From Lingula anatina (Eukaryota > Animalia > Brachiopoda): a stretch of DNA of 64,000 nucleotides. Each line of letters starts with the position of its first letter. The first letter of the stretch is position 1. The translations under genes were made by a program, and so were the position numbers. Location: NCBI GenBank assembly GCA_051362555.1, contig CM120641.1, positions 41,918,401 through 41,982,400 of the forward strand. Reading direction: 5' to 3'. The notes under the pieces were generated by a model, which did no database searches, was not told the origin of the DNA, and saw only the letters and a program-made list of their open reading frames with translations. Below, piece after piece: positions 36,935-48,000 of the stretch.

Positions 36935-39900
36935 ATGGGTAAGTGTCATAATTAATTTGTAGACGCTATCTACTTTGGATACACAGGTTTGTCATATTCG
37001 TATAGAATCGAAATAGTTACTTCTTAGCGCTGCAAGAACAATTTTAAAAGGACTTCTACTGTCAGTATGTCTCAGTTTTGTGTTATTCAAAAAAAGTTAT
37101 TTAGTATACCCATATGTAGATTTCAACAATTTCTGTTGCAACATCGAATAGAAATGTAGTGCGTACTGGGACATGAAAAGTTTACTGTTGCAGAAGCAAA
37201 CAGTTTCGCATTTGTTTCCTTGTTTAATACTACCCTTAGGAAAGATCGACAGGTTTTTTTCATTTCTTACAGGCAACACGTCGTTTACGAAACATTGCAT
37301 GTTTTAGAATAATAAAACTTGGATTTTTTCTCTTGGGAGCAGGTAACTTTAGGTTCTCAGTTGGCGTTTTAACTCTCCTTTGTCTCCTCATGACGACAGA
37401 GGCTCTTACACAAGCACAACTGGGTGAGTATTTACAATGACCGTCGCTGAAAAGAATAAAAAATCAAATTATGCAAATTGTGCAAGTGTCTTTTTTCTTT
37501 TGCTTATCTATAGAATCATCATATTAGGTCTGTTAATGGTTCTCATGGAACAACCCAACCTCCTGGCAATTTTGCTGGCCAAAACTTCCTCCTATGTCAA
37601 TTGTATGGTCAAAAAAGTACCCCTCTCCTTAAGGAGTTGCATATTGAAATTATTTTTGTCATGATTTCATACTTATTTATACAAAAGCGTCTACAGTTCA
37701 AATAAAGATCTGCCGCAAAGTGTATAAAGGCATGTTTTAATGACATAATATTCATTGACATGTGTTTCAGATTTGATATGCTCATTGGGTCCGTCAAATC
37801 AGTACTATTTTGCCCATACGACGGACTGTAAACGTTTTATCCAGTGTGACACATCTCGCAGGGGGTTTGACATGCCGTGTGCCTATGACAATTGCTGGAA
37901 TCAAGCCATACTAAGTCAAGACCATTGCAGTAACGTGGACTGCCACCCCGGTAGATGACGATTAGTTATAGTTTAGTTTTCTCACAACGAATATATTATT
38001 TTATAAAAATGTGTTCAGTGTGGAGATTAAATTTTAAGGCATATATCTTATAACATGCGTAACGTTAATAGACAACCAGCCATTCTCTGTTTGTAAGAAA
38101 GTTCACCTGTCACAATGTATTTACGTTAAAAAGACCATTTACCCAGGCAGGGGCGGATCCAGATATATTTTCTGACAGTCTTTCAAATTATCTTTGTTGA
38201 TCCATACTCCATTTTTGGCCGTCTCCCCACAGAAAAAAATTAGATACCGGTCAATGTAAACTTGAAAATCTAACCGTCTTCCGGAAGACCCAGAAGACGG
38301 CCTAAATCCGCCCCTGGTCACTGTATGTGGAATATTCCAAGTGCATCGCATGTATTTGACTTGCAGATAAATGTTGCTGTCGTATTTCCGGGGATCCACA
38401 CTATCACACGTATGATGACAACGCAATACATTATCAAGGTAAGTCTTTGAAAGTAAAATGTAACCCCAAACGGGTATATCCATGAGAAATCGCCGAAAAC
38501 ATTCTTAGACGAAACATGATCGAATATATTGGTTTATATTTTTACAATAAGCAATGTATTTTTTTATCACATGTTCAGATTAGTTTTCATGCACGTATCC
38601 AAAAAAGGGTTAATTTTATCTAACATGTGCCTGAATATGCAATATGATGTTTTTACACGGTGAAAATATTACACTATTTCCAAAAGGTGAATGCAGATAC
38701 ACCATCAGCAAGACGTGTTTCGATCCGGCGGACCACCCGGAACTCACAGAGTTTAACATTGAAGGAATCAACTACGTGGATCCAACCTTTCGCATGGACC
38801 GTACCTGGTTAAAGGAAATTTTCATTGACGTTTTTGGCATGCAATTCAAGTTTGGTTTAGGCTCCCAAACTGTTCCACCACCAGTTTTCCAATGGGATAC
38901 AATGGTAGGCACAACTAACGCTTTTGTTGCAAATGCACTGTTTCTTGAGTCAAATAAATCTTATTAATGGTAGTTTTTTGACACTTTGCTTATATGTATC
39001 ATGGTTTAAATGGAAATCACACGAAATTGTTGTATTTATACACAAGTCTATCTTTAAAATCTTTATTTGCTTTCCATAATATTATAAACAGCCATCATAC
39101 GATAGTTTCTTTGCGACTCTACAAACACACTGCCCAGGGAAGAGAAAAATTTACATTGAGCAACATAAGTTTCTAACGTTAGATCTGTCATATGTTTTAG
39201 TTTGGTGATTGGATACAGATCATCGGCTTGAATTCTGACCCCTTAACTGTATGCAATGCAGGAAGATGCGTCAGCATAACTCTTGAGAACAACCAGGGCA
39301 TTCTTTTCGAATTCGACTTCAGCGTTAACATCACCTGGGGAGGTCGCCCCGACCGCCGTCTTCACATATGCACCCCGGGGACTTACAGAGGATTGTTGTG
39401 TGGTATGTGTGGCACCTGCAATGGAAACAAAGACGATGATTTCTCCCTGAAGGACGGAACATATGTGGGTGACCAGTATATACCACCGTCCTGGCCACCA
39501 GAGCCACAGACCCAAGCCATGTACGACCTGATTGGAGAGAGTTGGCTGGTTCCTGATCCCAGTCTCGGACCCGAGTAAGATAAATGAACTAGTATTATCC
39601 AGGTGTTATGCAATGCAATCTTAAACTTTAATAATTACATATTTCTTTTTAGTTAATTTTAATTGTGTCACTATAATATATTAGCCTTATCGCATAATTA
39701 ATTTTTAAATTCCCATGACAAAACATCCCGGTGACTCCCTTCGCCACATAAGTTTTCATGTAATTATTAAACTGAGAAAAAATGTCCCTATTTCTGTAGA
39801 ATTATAAAACTCATTAATGGTCTAACTGCAGTACCCAGCCTGGGTCAGTTTTCTGGTAGTATTCTGAATACCGCACACCAGGGTATTTTTATTGGAGGTC

Positions 39901-41563
39901 GCATTTGCAAAGAAATTAGGTGAAAACAGAACCCATCACATCTTTGCTTCTCTTTACACTTCAGGTGCCAAGCACCATGGGGGAGAAGACGCAAGCGACA
40001 AGCTCCTTCTGTGCAAGAGGAATGCCCGGAAGCGAATATCTGCGATGTCATCAAGAACGTGGAAGGTGTGTTAGGTGGATGTGCCGCAAGTTCTCTGGTA
40101 AATTCCGACGAGTATTACACCTCCTGTGCAATCGATGTTTGCTCAGCCTCCGGAGATGATGGCGCATTGTCAGCGGTAGGTTAATTTCTTGAGCCAGTTC
40201 ACCCGGCTCTGTGATGTCGGCATTCTACTTTCTCAGCAGTCTCTTCATGGATCTTTTAAGAATAATAGTTTAATGAGGAAGATTTGTTCTATTCTAAACG
40301 CAAAATAAAATTACATTAAAAAAATTGTTGATTATAGAAATTAATTCAAAAAACAATTCTATATTGAAAATTATTAATCGCGAATAGACCATTGTACATT
40401 GAGATCTTTCGCTTCAAATACAGGTTCAACACGAGGTGGCGTGTGGTATCATAGAGGCGTATGCTAAAGCGTGCGAAGAAGCCGGTCTCGGGGTATTCCC
40501 TGGAGCTTGGAGAGAAGTTACAAATTGCCGTAAGTTAACCATGTCATTTGGACATCAACTGCTCACAATGTGAACATTTACAACAGTTAATTGCTCGCTC
40601 CTCCTGGCCCCAACTTGAATTCAAAGAGTTTTGATTAACGCATCTGATATTTTGATAATAAAATACAATAACAAATCATTGTTTTATAATCTGTTTGATA
40701 GGAGTTATTGCTCTGTCTTGTTTTGGTTCCTTTGTTAGAAACCCAACTCATTTTGACATCTTTTTCAAGTTCAGTTGCCTTCAACCTGGTCATATTTTTC
40801 TGTCTTTCTTGATTAGCAATGACTGTGTGTGAAACAGCGGGGTACAACATGCGTTATAGCCCGGAAACGACAAGATGTCCGGCTTCTTGCGGCAGATCTC
40901 CTACGGAGAGATGTGAAAGAGGCTCACAAGAGGGGTGCGAGTGTCTGGCTGGATACGTCCGTAGTGGGCATCTTTGCGTACCTAACGAATTGTGTGGCTG
41001 CATGGATACAATGGGAAGCTACCATCAGGTAATCTTATCATGCCCTAAAATCGTTTTAACATTTAAAAACGGACAGTCCATGGACACCAATAACAGCAAA
41101 GTACCATTTAAACGAGTTCCAATCCCATTGAGGTATCCAACAATCCATACACGTGGAACTTACCTGCTGACCTCAGAATCTCCAAAAGTCGAAAATTTCA
41201 ATTTAATTCAGAGGATGCAATAAGATCTATTTCGTTCACTTTAGTGTACTGTTACAAGTCAATATTTCAATAAAGATTATCAGCTCTTTTAAGAGCCAAT
41301 CAGAGTCTGGACTGATCGAAATGCACAATGGACACCGTAAAAGATGCCAAAAAATTCTCAATATTCACACTGCCTGACCAACATCCTATCTATCTTTCCA
41401 GTTAGGTGACTCTTGGGCCTCTGGTAACTGCAGCCACTGGTATGCGTGTGTGGAGCCTAACCAAATAGAGGAAACAGGGAGTCCATGCGGTGTAGGGAGC
41501 AGGTGCCTGCTTGAAGAGGGCGTGTGGGCGTGTTCCGCCTCTAATGAAATCCCTTTTTTATAA
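36935..41563 (+). CDS. Paralogue C: secreted CBM14-VWD-C8-TIL-TILa protein, ~539 aa, 10 exons, inverted relative to A/B
   Basis: Exons 36935-36938, 37343-37423, 37771-37950, 38367-38438, 38687-38904, 39201-39574, 39965-40175, 40424-40529, 40817-41028, 41402-41563; total 1620 nt, in frame, all GT-AG. Reads MGNFRFSVGVLTLLCLLMTTEA...DKCCCRISGDPHYHT...WGRRRKRQA...SNEIPFL*. Confidence 0.92.
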
Positions 41564-41904
41564 AAGGTAAAATAGAAATACAGTGTACATGTAGCTATTT
41601 GAAATAGTCAATGGCTGTCAACCAGCCAGCCGGATTCATCATAATAATCGTAACAAGGTATTGGCAAACGTGTATTCAATTAACGAAATTCACGGCAAAA
41701 TCTTCATGTAATTTTAAATCATTTACCCCGTAGGACATTGATCTGCGTTGTGTGCGGAATTTGCACATGTACCTGTAGTCGTTAAATATATTATACATAA
41801 TTTCCATCTCATCTCACCCCCTCTATATTTCAGAAGTTGGTAAATACAATATATTAGTATAACTATACATCATATTCGTCTAATAACACTCCCTTTATAT
41901 TCCA

Positions 41905-41956
41905 GAAGTTGCGTGACTTTTCTGACGTCATGATATTGGAGCTGTCACGTGACCGT
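41905..41956. promoter_or_regulatory. Conserved downstream CRE plus E-box element
   Basis: TGACGTCA at 41923-41930 and GTCACGTGAC at 41944-41953. Homologous positions downstream of B (14971-15000) and A (CRE at 1249-1256). Confidence 0.5.
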
Positions 41957-42351
41957 CAATCTCAACCAGTTTGGATTAGTACGTAGTAATGGATGGAAAT
42001 TTCCCGAAAGATTTCTCTGCGGATATATCAGGCCTAGCCTACAAATTGTGATCTTCATTATTTAAAAGACCATAGGGGTCTATGTTACAAAAGAATGAGA
42101 ATTAAACCATGAATTAGATAGACATATTATTGAAGTATCAAAATAATGGCATATAATACCGAAAAAAAACTGCTAAACAATAAAAATTGCTGGAATATTA
42201 GATTCATTAACCAATAATGCATCAAAAGAGCCTGAAGAGAGATGCACTTATAGTTTGTAGATAGCCTGTAGTGTCTTTCCAATAAAATGTTATTCCTTCT
42301 CATGTATATGTATTTACCTTATTTAAAAATACCCGTTGATACATGTGTCGA

Positions 42352-42636
42352 AGAGGCGGATCCAGGATAATTTGAAAGGGGGGGGGGGGGGGGGGGGCGG
42401 AATGGCAGGTCTCTAATGGAAAGCCGACCCAGCACCCCTTGGTGTGGGGTTCGGGGCCTCCTCAATTTTTTTGGTTTTGGAGAGCAAACGGTGCCCTTTG
42501 GTACGGTTTAGAACTATAATTTGGCTAGTTAAATCTCTAATTTCAAGTGGGGAATATTGGTGTGAAATATTTTTGAGAAATCGAAAGGGGGGCGGGGACA
42601 CCGCACCCCCCCCCCCCCCCTCTAAATCCGCCACTG
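42352..42636. mobile_element. MITE family with CAG(G/T)GGCGGAT...ATCCGCC(C/A)CTG termini
   Basis: Related copies or fragments at ~9042-9089, ~11178-11445, ~15064-15288 (inverted), ~22789-22995 and ~38148-38317. Several share the core GGTGCCATTTGGTAxGGTTTAGAACTATAATT. Confidence 0.7.
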
Positions 42637-43778
42637 TTTCGTACATGCATATGCTCCTTTTAAGTCCGAAAACAGCTTGCTTTTCTCATCTGTTCGCGAC
42701 TAGTTCCGTAGAGAAATATTTTTTTATCGGTTCTCTTAAAAAAGATGATATTTTGATAATTCGAAAAAAATCGCTGTAAAAACAACTAGTGAAATGTGAA
42801 TGTTGTTACCCATTCAGGAGGAAGACGCCTTTAGTTCTTTTGACCGCTGGAATAATTTCAGTTTCAGTAGGCCTACCAAATTTTGGCGTCTTTCTTGTCG
42901 CGTGATTTGAAATGGCTACCTGATTTACGTTAGGTTCCCAGTACGTAAACCTCGATAAGAAATTAAGGTTTGTTATACGACAGGGCTTTTTGAAATGCCA
43001 TTTAATTCATGATGCTTTATTTTCTGAACGTTTAATTTTTCATGCATGGGTATTTTCTGATTCGAACTCCTATTGGTCTGAAGCCTTGCGCTAGTTACAA
43101 TTTCTGAATGTCGACGGCCCCAGTGGTACATACATGTTATTAAAGTCGATGGTAATAATCAACGCAATTAAACATTTATTTAATCGCGATGGCTTAATAT
43201 TATTCTTCGAATATTTCTATTACATCCTGTTTGCAAATGGTAAAAATCAAAGCTCTATCATCTTTGTAATGTTGACAAAACATTTTGAGCGCTGCCACCG
43301 TTAAGACCGTTAAATGAAAACCTTATGACATTTTCAAACTTACATGACAATACAAACATGACTTGAAATACTTAAACACAGCTCTAGTTCAGAAAACAAT
43401 CCGGAGTTTATTGTTTGTTGTAAAGTTTCTAACTTGTGAAGTCTTCATTTTCCACTACTATAGCATTTTCAAAGAGTGACTTTGAATTCCTATATGTGAC
43501 TGAAGCCCTCGGCAGTTAATTTTTTACTTTCCACAGTACTGTAGTACATAATTAAAAATTCGTGATAGCGCATAAAAAGCCCCCATTTGTGCACTTTCAT
43601 CTTTAAAAATTGGTTTTTGTTTCATTTTAGACTGTTTTTTTTTTCTAATATTGCTTCTATCAGTTTTGTCATCTATAAGTCTGTCCATTTCTCAGCTGCC
43701 TTCAGCTTGTTTGTGGAAGATCTTGTCTTTTTTTAGATCTTGTCCATCCCAGCCCAGAAAGTATGTGCCCGCGGTTTA

Positions 43779-45097
43779 CTACCACGATTTGATGACCACA
43801 TATTGTTGACGTCGCCGATATAATGGACAACAGGCGCAGCAGCAGCAGACGACACAACTCACGCAGAGCAAGACAAGCCCGCAGCATACACCAATCACTG
43901 GCAGAACCCAAATGCTGTACAAAAAGAAGAAAATATGTTTATGCTACATCACAGATTTTAACAGACTGTGAACAATGCCTGAGTCTGGTGACTTCACCCT
44001 GAAAATAAAACTGAAAGCAGAAGAGAAAATCCATTGTTTCAACAATTCAAAGTGGTCCCATGACATCTTAAGGACTGGAATGTGAAGAAATCAAAAGAAA
44101 TGTTCAGTTTTTCGCTTTGTTTTAATTAAATGTTAAACCTATATTGTTACATTTAAACTAAAAAGTAACTCACTGACAAAAAGTGACCTACGCTAATGCC
44201 GTCGGTCCACAGCAAGCATCACTGTTGTCCCCTGCCTTGCAACAGAATGTCTCCAAACCGGACTGGTCACCAGGTCGAGGACAGTAAAAGTCTTTATTGT
44301 AATCATCTAAAATAAAGAAAAAACTTTAACATTTTCTTTGTGTCAAGAAAATCGAACGCCATCGCATTTTTTTTTTTTTTTACTTTGACAGAATTTAAAT
44401 GTGGAGATGCTTGTATCGCAGCCAAATACCAGCAAACTCTATCCGTATATAAATGAAAACAGATACACCTATTCGGTAGCTTAAAAAAGCCCTGGTCCGA
44501 TTTGAAAATGATATTACACAATATATCTTTACTACTCACGTACTTATGTATGTCAGGACAGCCAGGACGATGATAAACAATGACACACCACACAAGATAA
44601 TAAACAATCATGACGTACCGGAGGGACAGTGATGTTCTCCCCGACCGTCGCAGCAACCCTCGGAACAGCAGCGTGTGTGGTTAGGGGGGTCCTGTGGAGA
44701 TGGGCAGTACAAGAAAGGGTAGTGACCAAGGGGCAATGACGGACAACGGAACGTTTCAGCGGCGCCCACACCTAAAACTGAATAAAATTTACAGTAATTT
44801 CTTCCAACACTGGTAGCCTGAACCTAAAGTGATTTTTACTTCGATATTTCATTGTCTAGCAAGACATCTTCATCAGGGACATAGGAAAGTGTCTTTCTAA
44901 AATACACAAAAGATCTATTTCCGCTTGCTTCATCCTGTGCTGAGATTAATGTGCCTTTGTTTATACATGATACCACGTGTTTTTATGTTTTTTGTCGCTC
45001 TCTATCTCCCTCTCATTAATATACCCCGCATACCTGAATACAAAACAAATCCAACAAGTATCAAACTAATTGTCACCTCCCTTCCTATTGCTGCCAT
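43779..45097 (-). CDS. Paralogue F: small Shisa-like type-I membrane protein, ~155 aa
   Basis: Exons 45097-45034, 44771-44619, 44306-44192, 43914-43779 (468 nt, GT-AG). MAAIGREVTISLILVGFVLYSGVGA-AETFRCPSLPLGHYPFLYCPSPQDPPNHTRCCSEGCCDGRGEHHCPSDDYNKDFYCPRPGDQSGLETFCCKAGDNSDACCGPTALAIWVLPVIGVCCGLVLLCVSCVVCCCCACCPLYRRRQQYVVIKSW*. Confidence 0.87.
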
Positions 45098-48000
45098 TGT
45101 TTCGAAATAATCATACTTTACTGGTACGTCCGAAAGTCCTTCCGTGTGACATTATTAACCTATGTACTGTGATCGTAGTCCTTCAGTAGCACTGACCATA
45201 GAAACGCTACGTTAACCTGTACATACTTAGTAGGAAGATAACGCATCTTCGGAGACATATGACCTAAATAGAGACGGAATATTGTGCGTACAATAATAAT
45301 ATGTCCCAGGAAATTAAAACTGCCATTTTTTTATCAAGACGTTGAGTATATACAAATATTTAAAGCAACATCTGCTGAACTTCCGAGTGTTTTAAATGGT
45401 AAACCCTTAATTTACTCATTTTATTAAAAAGCAGCAATTAACAGAAAATTTAAATGTAACACACATAGAAAACGTTTACTTTAAACTGACTGTCAGCAAT
45501 AAATCCAATTAAATTGTGAAATAAAAGAAAACATAACGTGGTCTAATTCAGAGTTATGCTGTCATCAGCCCGGAATTTGCGCACTTTTATCATGAAATAA
45601 CCGTATTATCTCAGTCAATACACATACTTTGATAGGATACCTGTTGACGCGCGGTGTCAGTGGAAAAATTAGTCACTATACAGAGGTACATCTTTATAAG
45701 ACAATCCGTAGAATTGAGTGTAAATCAAGTGTACGCACATTAATAACAATATATTCCAGTCTAATAATTCCGCCGCGAGCTCGGAATCCAAGACCGTTCA
45801 TTGCTATGAAATCTTTAATTTTATTGCTTTACTATATTGTTGCTATGACCATGCATACTTGGAAGACATGTAGCTGGAGCATGCAAAACGTAGTGCCAAC
45901 TTTAGAGAAAATTGTTTGGGTTGTCAGAAAGCATAAAAAAGAAACGTCGAGCGCAAAAAAAAAAAAAAAAAAAATGTTAGAGAAAAAATACAGATTTTCT
46001 GAGTGAAATATTTTTGTCATGTTTAAAGCTTGTATATCAGGGCGTTTTTAAAGTGTATTAACTTCCAACTTGGCTCGACCCACCAGTGCCCTTGGACGCC
46101 ATGTTTTATACCATTTGTAATCAAATGATCTATTAGTTCTAAATGACTGACCAGTCACGTAGACCACCAACTCTCCCTTTACATTTCACAAGGTAATTAC
46201 GACATCCTTTCACTTCATTTGAGTGGTTTTATTGTTTTAAGGTTAGAATTGGGAAAGAGAAGTACCTTGCAGGACTTGTAGGCAAAGAAAACGTGACTTT
46301 GGGACATTTTCAAACACGGGTAGTGAATCTTTCAATTTCGTGGTGTTCAGTATCAAGCGGTTTCCTTGATAATGGGAGGCACAAATTTCTAAATGTACTT
46401 TTAAAATATTTATTGTTAGCAACACAACAAACCACCTATAGGCAGTTTGCAGTACGCATGCACAGAATAGTAAACATCGCCGTTATTTTTCAAGTAATAT
46501 ATATATCATTATTACAAAAATCAATTAGTCCTAAATAAAACTGACCACGAAGGCCGGTATTACGTTCTTCACTCTTTGTAAACATATCATCTAAATTTAT
46601 ATATATTATACATATAATGGAGTACATACAATGTATATATTAAGAAAACCTTACAAGCTATGATACAAAAATCGAACAGCACAATTTGTTACACCGCGTA
46701 CGCATTAATAGCAGAAGCTTTGTTCCAACTTATTTCAAATCAGACATGCCATATGCTTTAACATAGCTGCAATGGGAAATGTTGATAAAATAACCCTCTT
46801 GGCTTAAGCTTAACTGTGCATTTTAAAATATTAAACACTTATTCATTTGAAAACAGTATATAGCTTTCTGCTGCAGAGGGCTACCAAAGACAATTTCACT
46901 GCCTTATAATTGTTTTTTCTAGCAGACTGCATTAGAACTAAGTGATTTAGCCAAAGCTGATGCAAACTTTGTTTTCACAAATAGACTAGCGGTAAACAAG
47001 CAAGGAGGGGGAGGGGGGTTCGCCCATTGTCAAAAAATTCAAAATAAATGTAAAATTCCAAGTATTGGCTGTAGTCAAGAAAACATTTAAAGACAATGTT
47101 ATCCTAAGAACAAAAATTGGTGATTAATAAATATATCATATATTTAAAAAGCTTTAATGATCTTTCTTCATACTTTATTAAAATAAGTATCCACTTTCTT
47201 TGACACTTACACACAGTTCTGGAGTATTGATTTCTTTATACAAATCACAACATAAACTTTCTGATTAAATACCAAATGTGTATAAAACATGAGAAGTTTA
47301 GTTTCAATTCACTGGTTTGGTTTTCAGACAAAGACTTAGTTTCATAGAGAATTATTTTTTCCATGTCACTTTTGCCAACAAGCCTCAAGTGCCAACACCT
47401 TCATTTATAAACAACTATTATCTATTTTGAGAAATAAGAATTCCATCTGGTGAGAATTGAGTCAAAGAGTTTAGACTGGTTTCTCACTTAGAGAGCTGAA
47501 CTTAAAATTGGCATATATTACTTTTGAAGAAAATATGAAATGTCATAGATGTATTACTTATAGGAATTCATATTAAACTGATGCAGAAACACTGACAAAC
47601 AAACAAAATTTAAATTCAGTTTTTTTTTTTACACATACTAGTATATGGCTAAATAATCTGAACTAAAGTTTATGGGGCTTGACATCAATTAAGCAAAATA
47701 TGTCCTGCACTTCACAAAGAGATGCACCTAATACTGATACCACAAACATTTGAAAGAAAAAAACTCACAATTCCCAAGACTATTATTTGCAGGTGCCACT
47801 AAGTAAGCAAAAGGCTGCAATCTGAAGGAACAGTGTGAAGTATTCATCTTTCAATGAAAAAAAAAAAAAAAAAAACAATGCCAAACAAAGAGCAGTATTA
47901 CCATATTCTGAACACAACAAAAACTACATTTAAGGCACAAAGATACATGTAAATTAGACCATACAATCATTGCAGCCAATTGTGCCACATTATGGATTCA

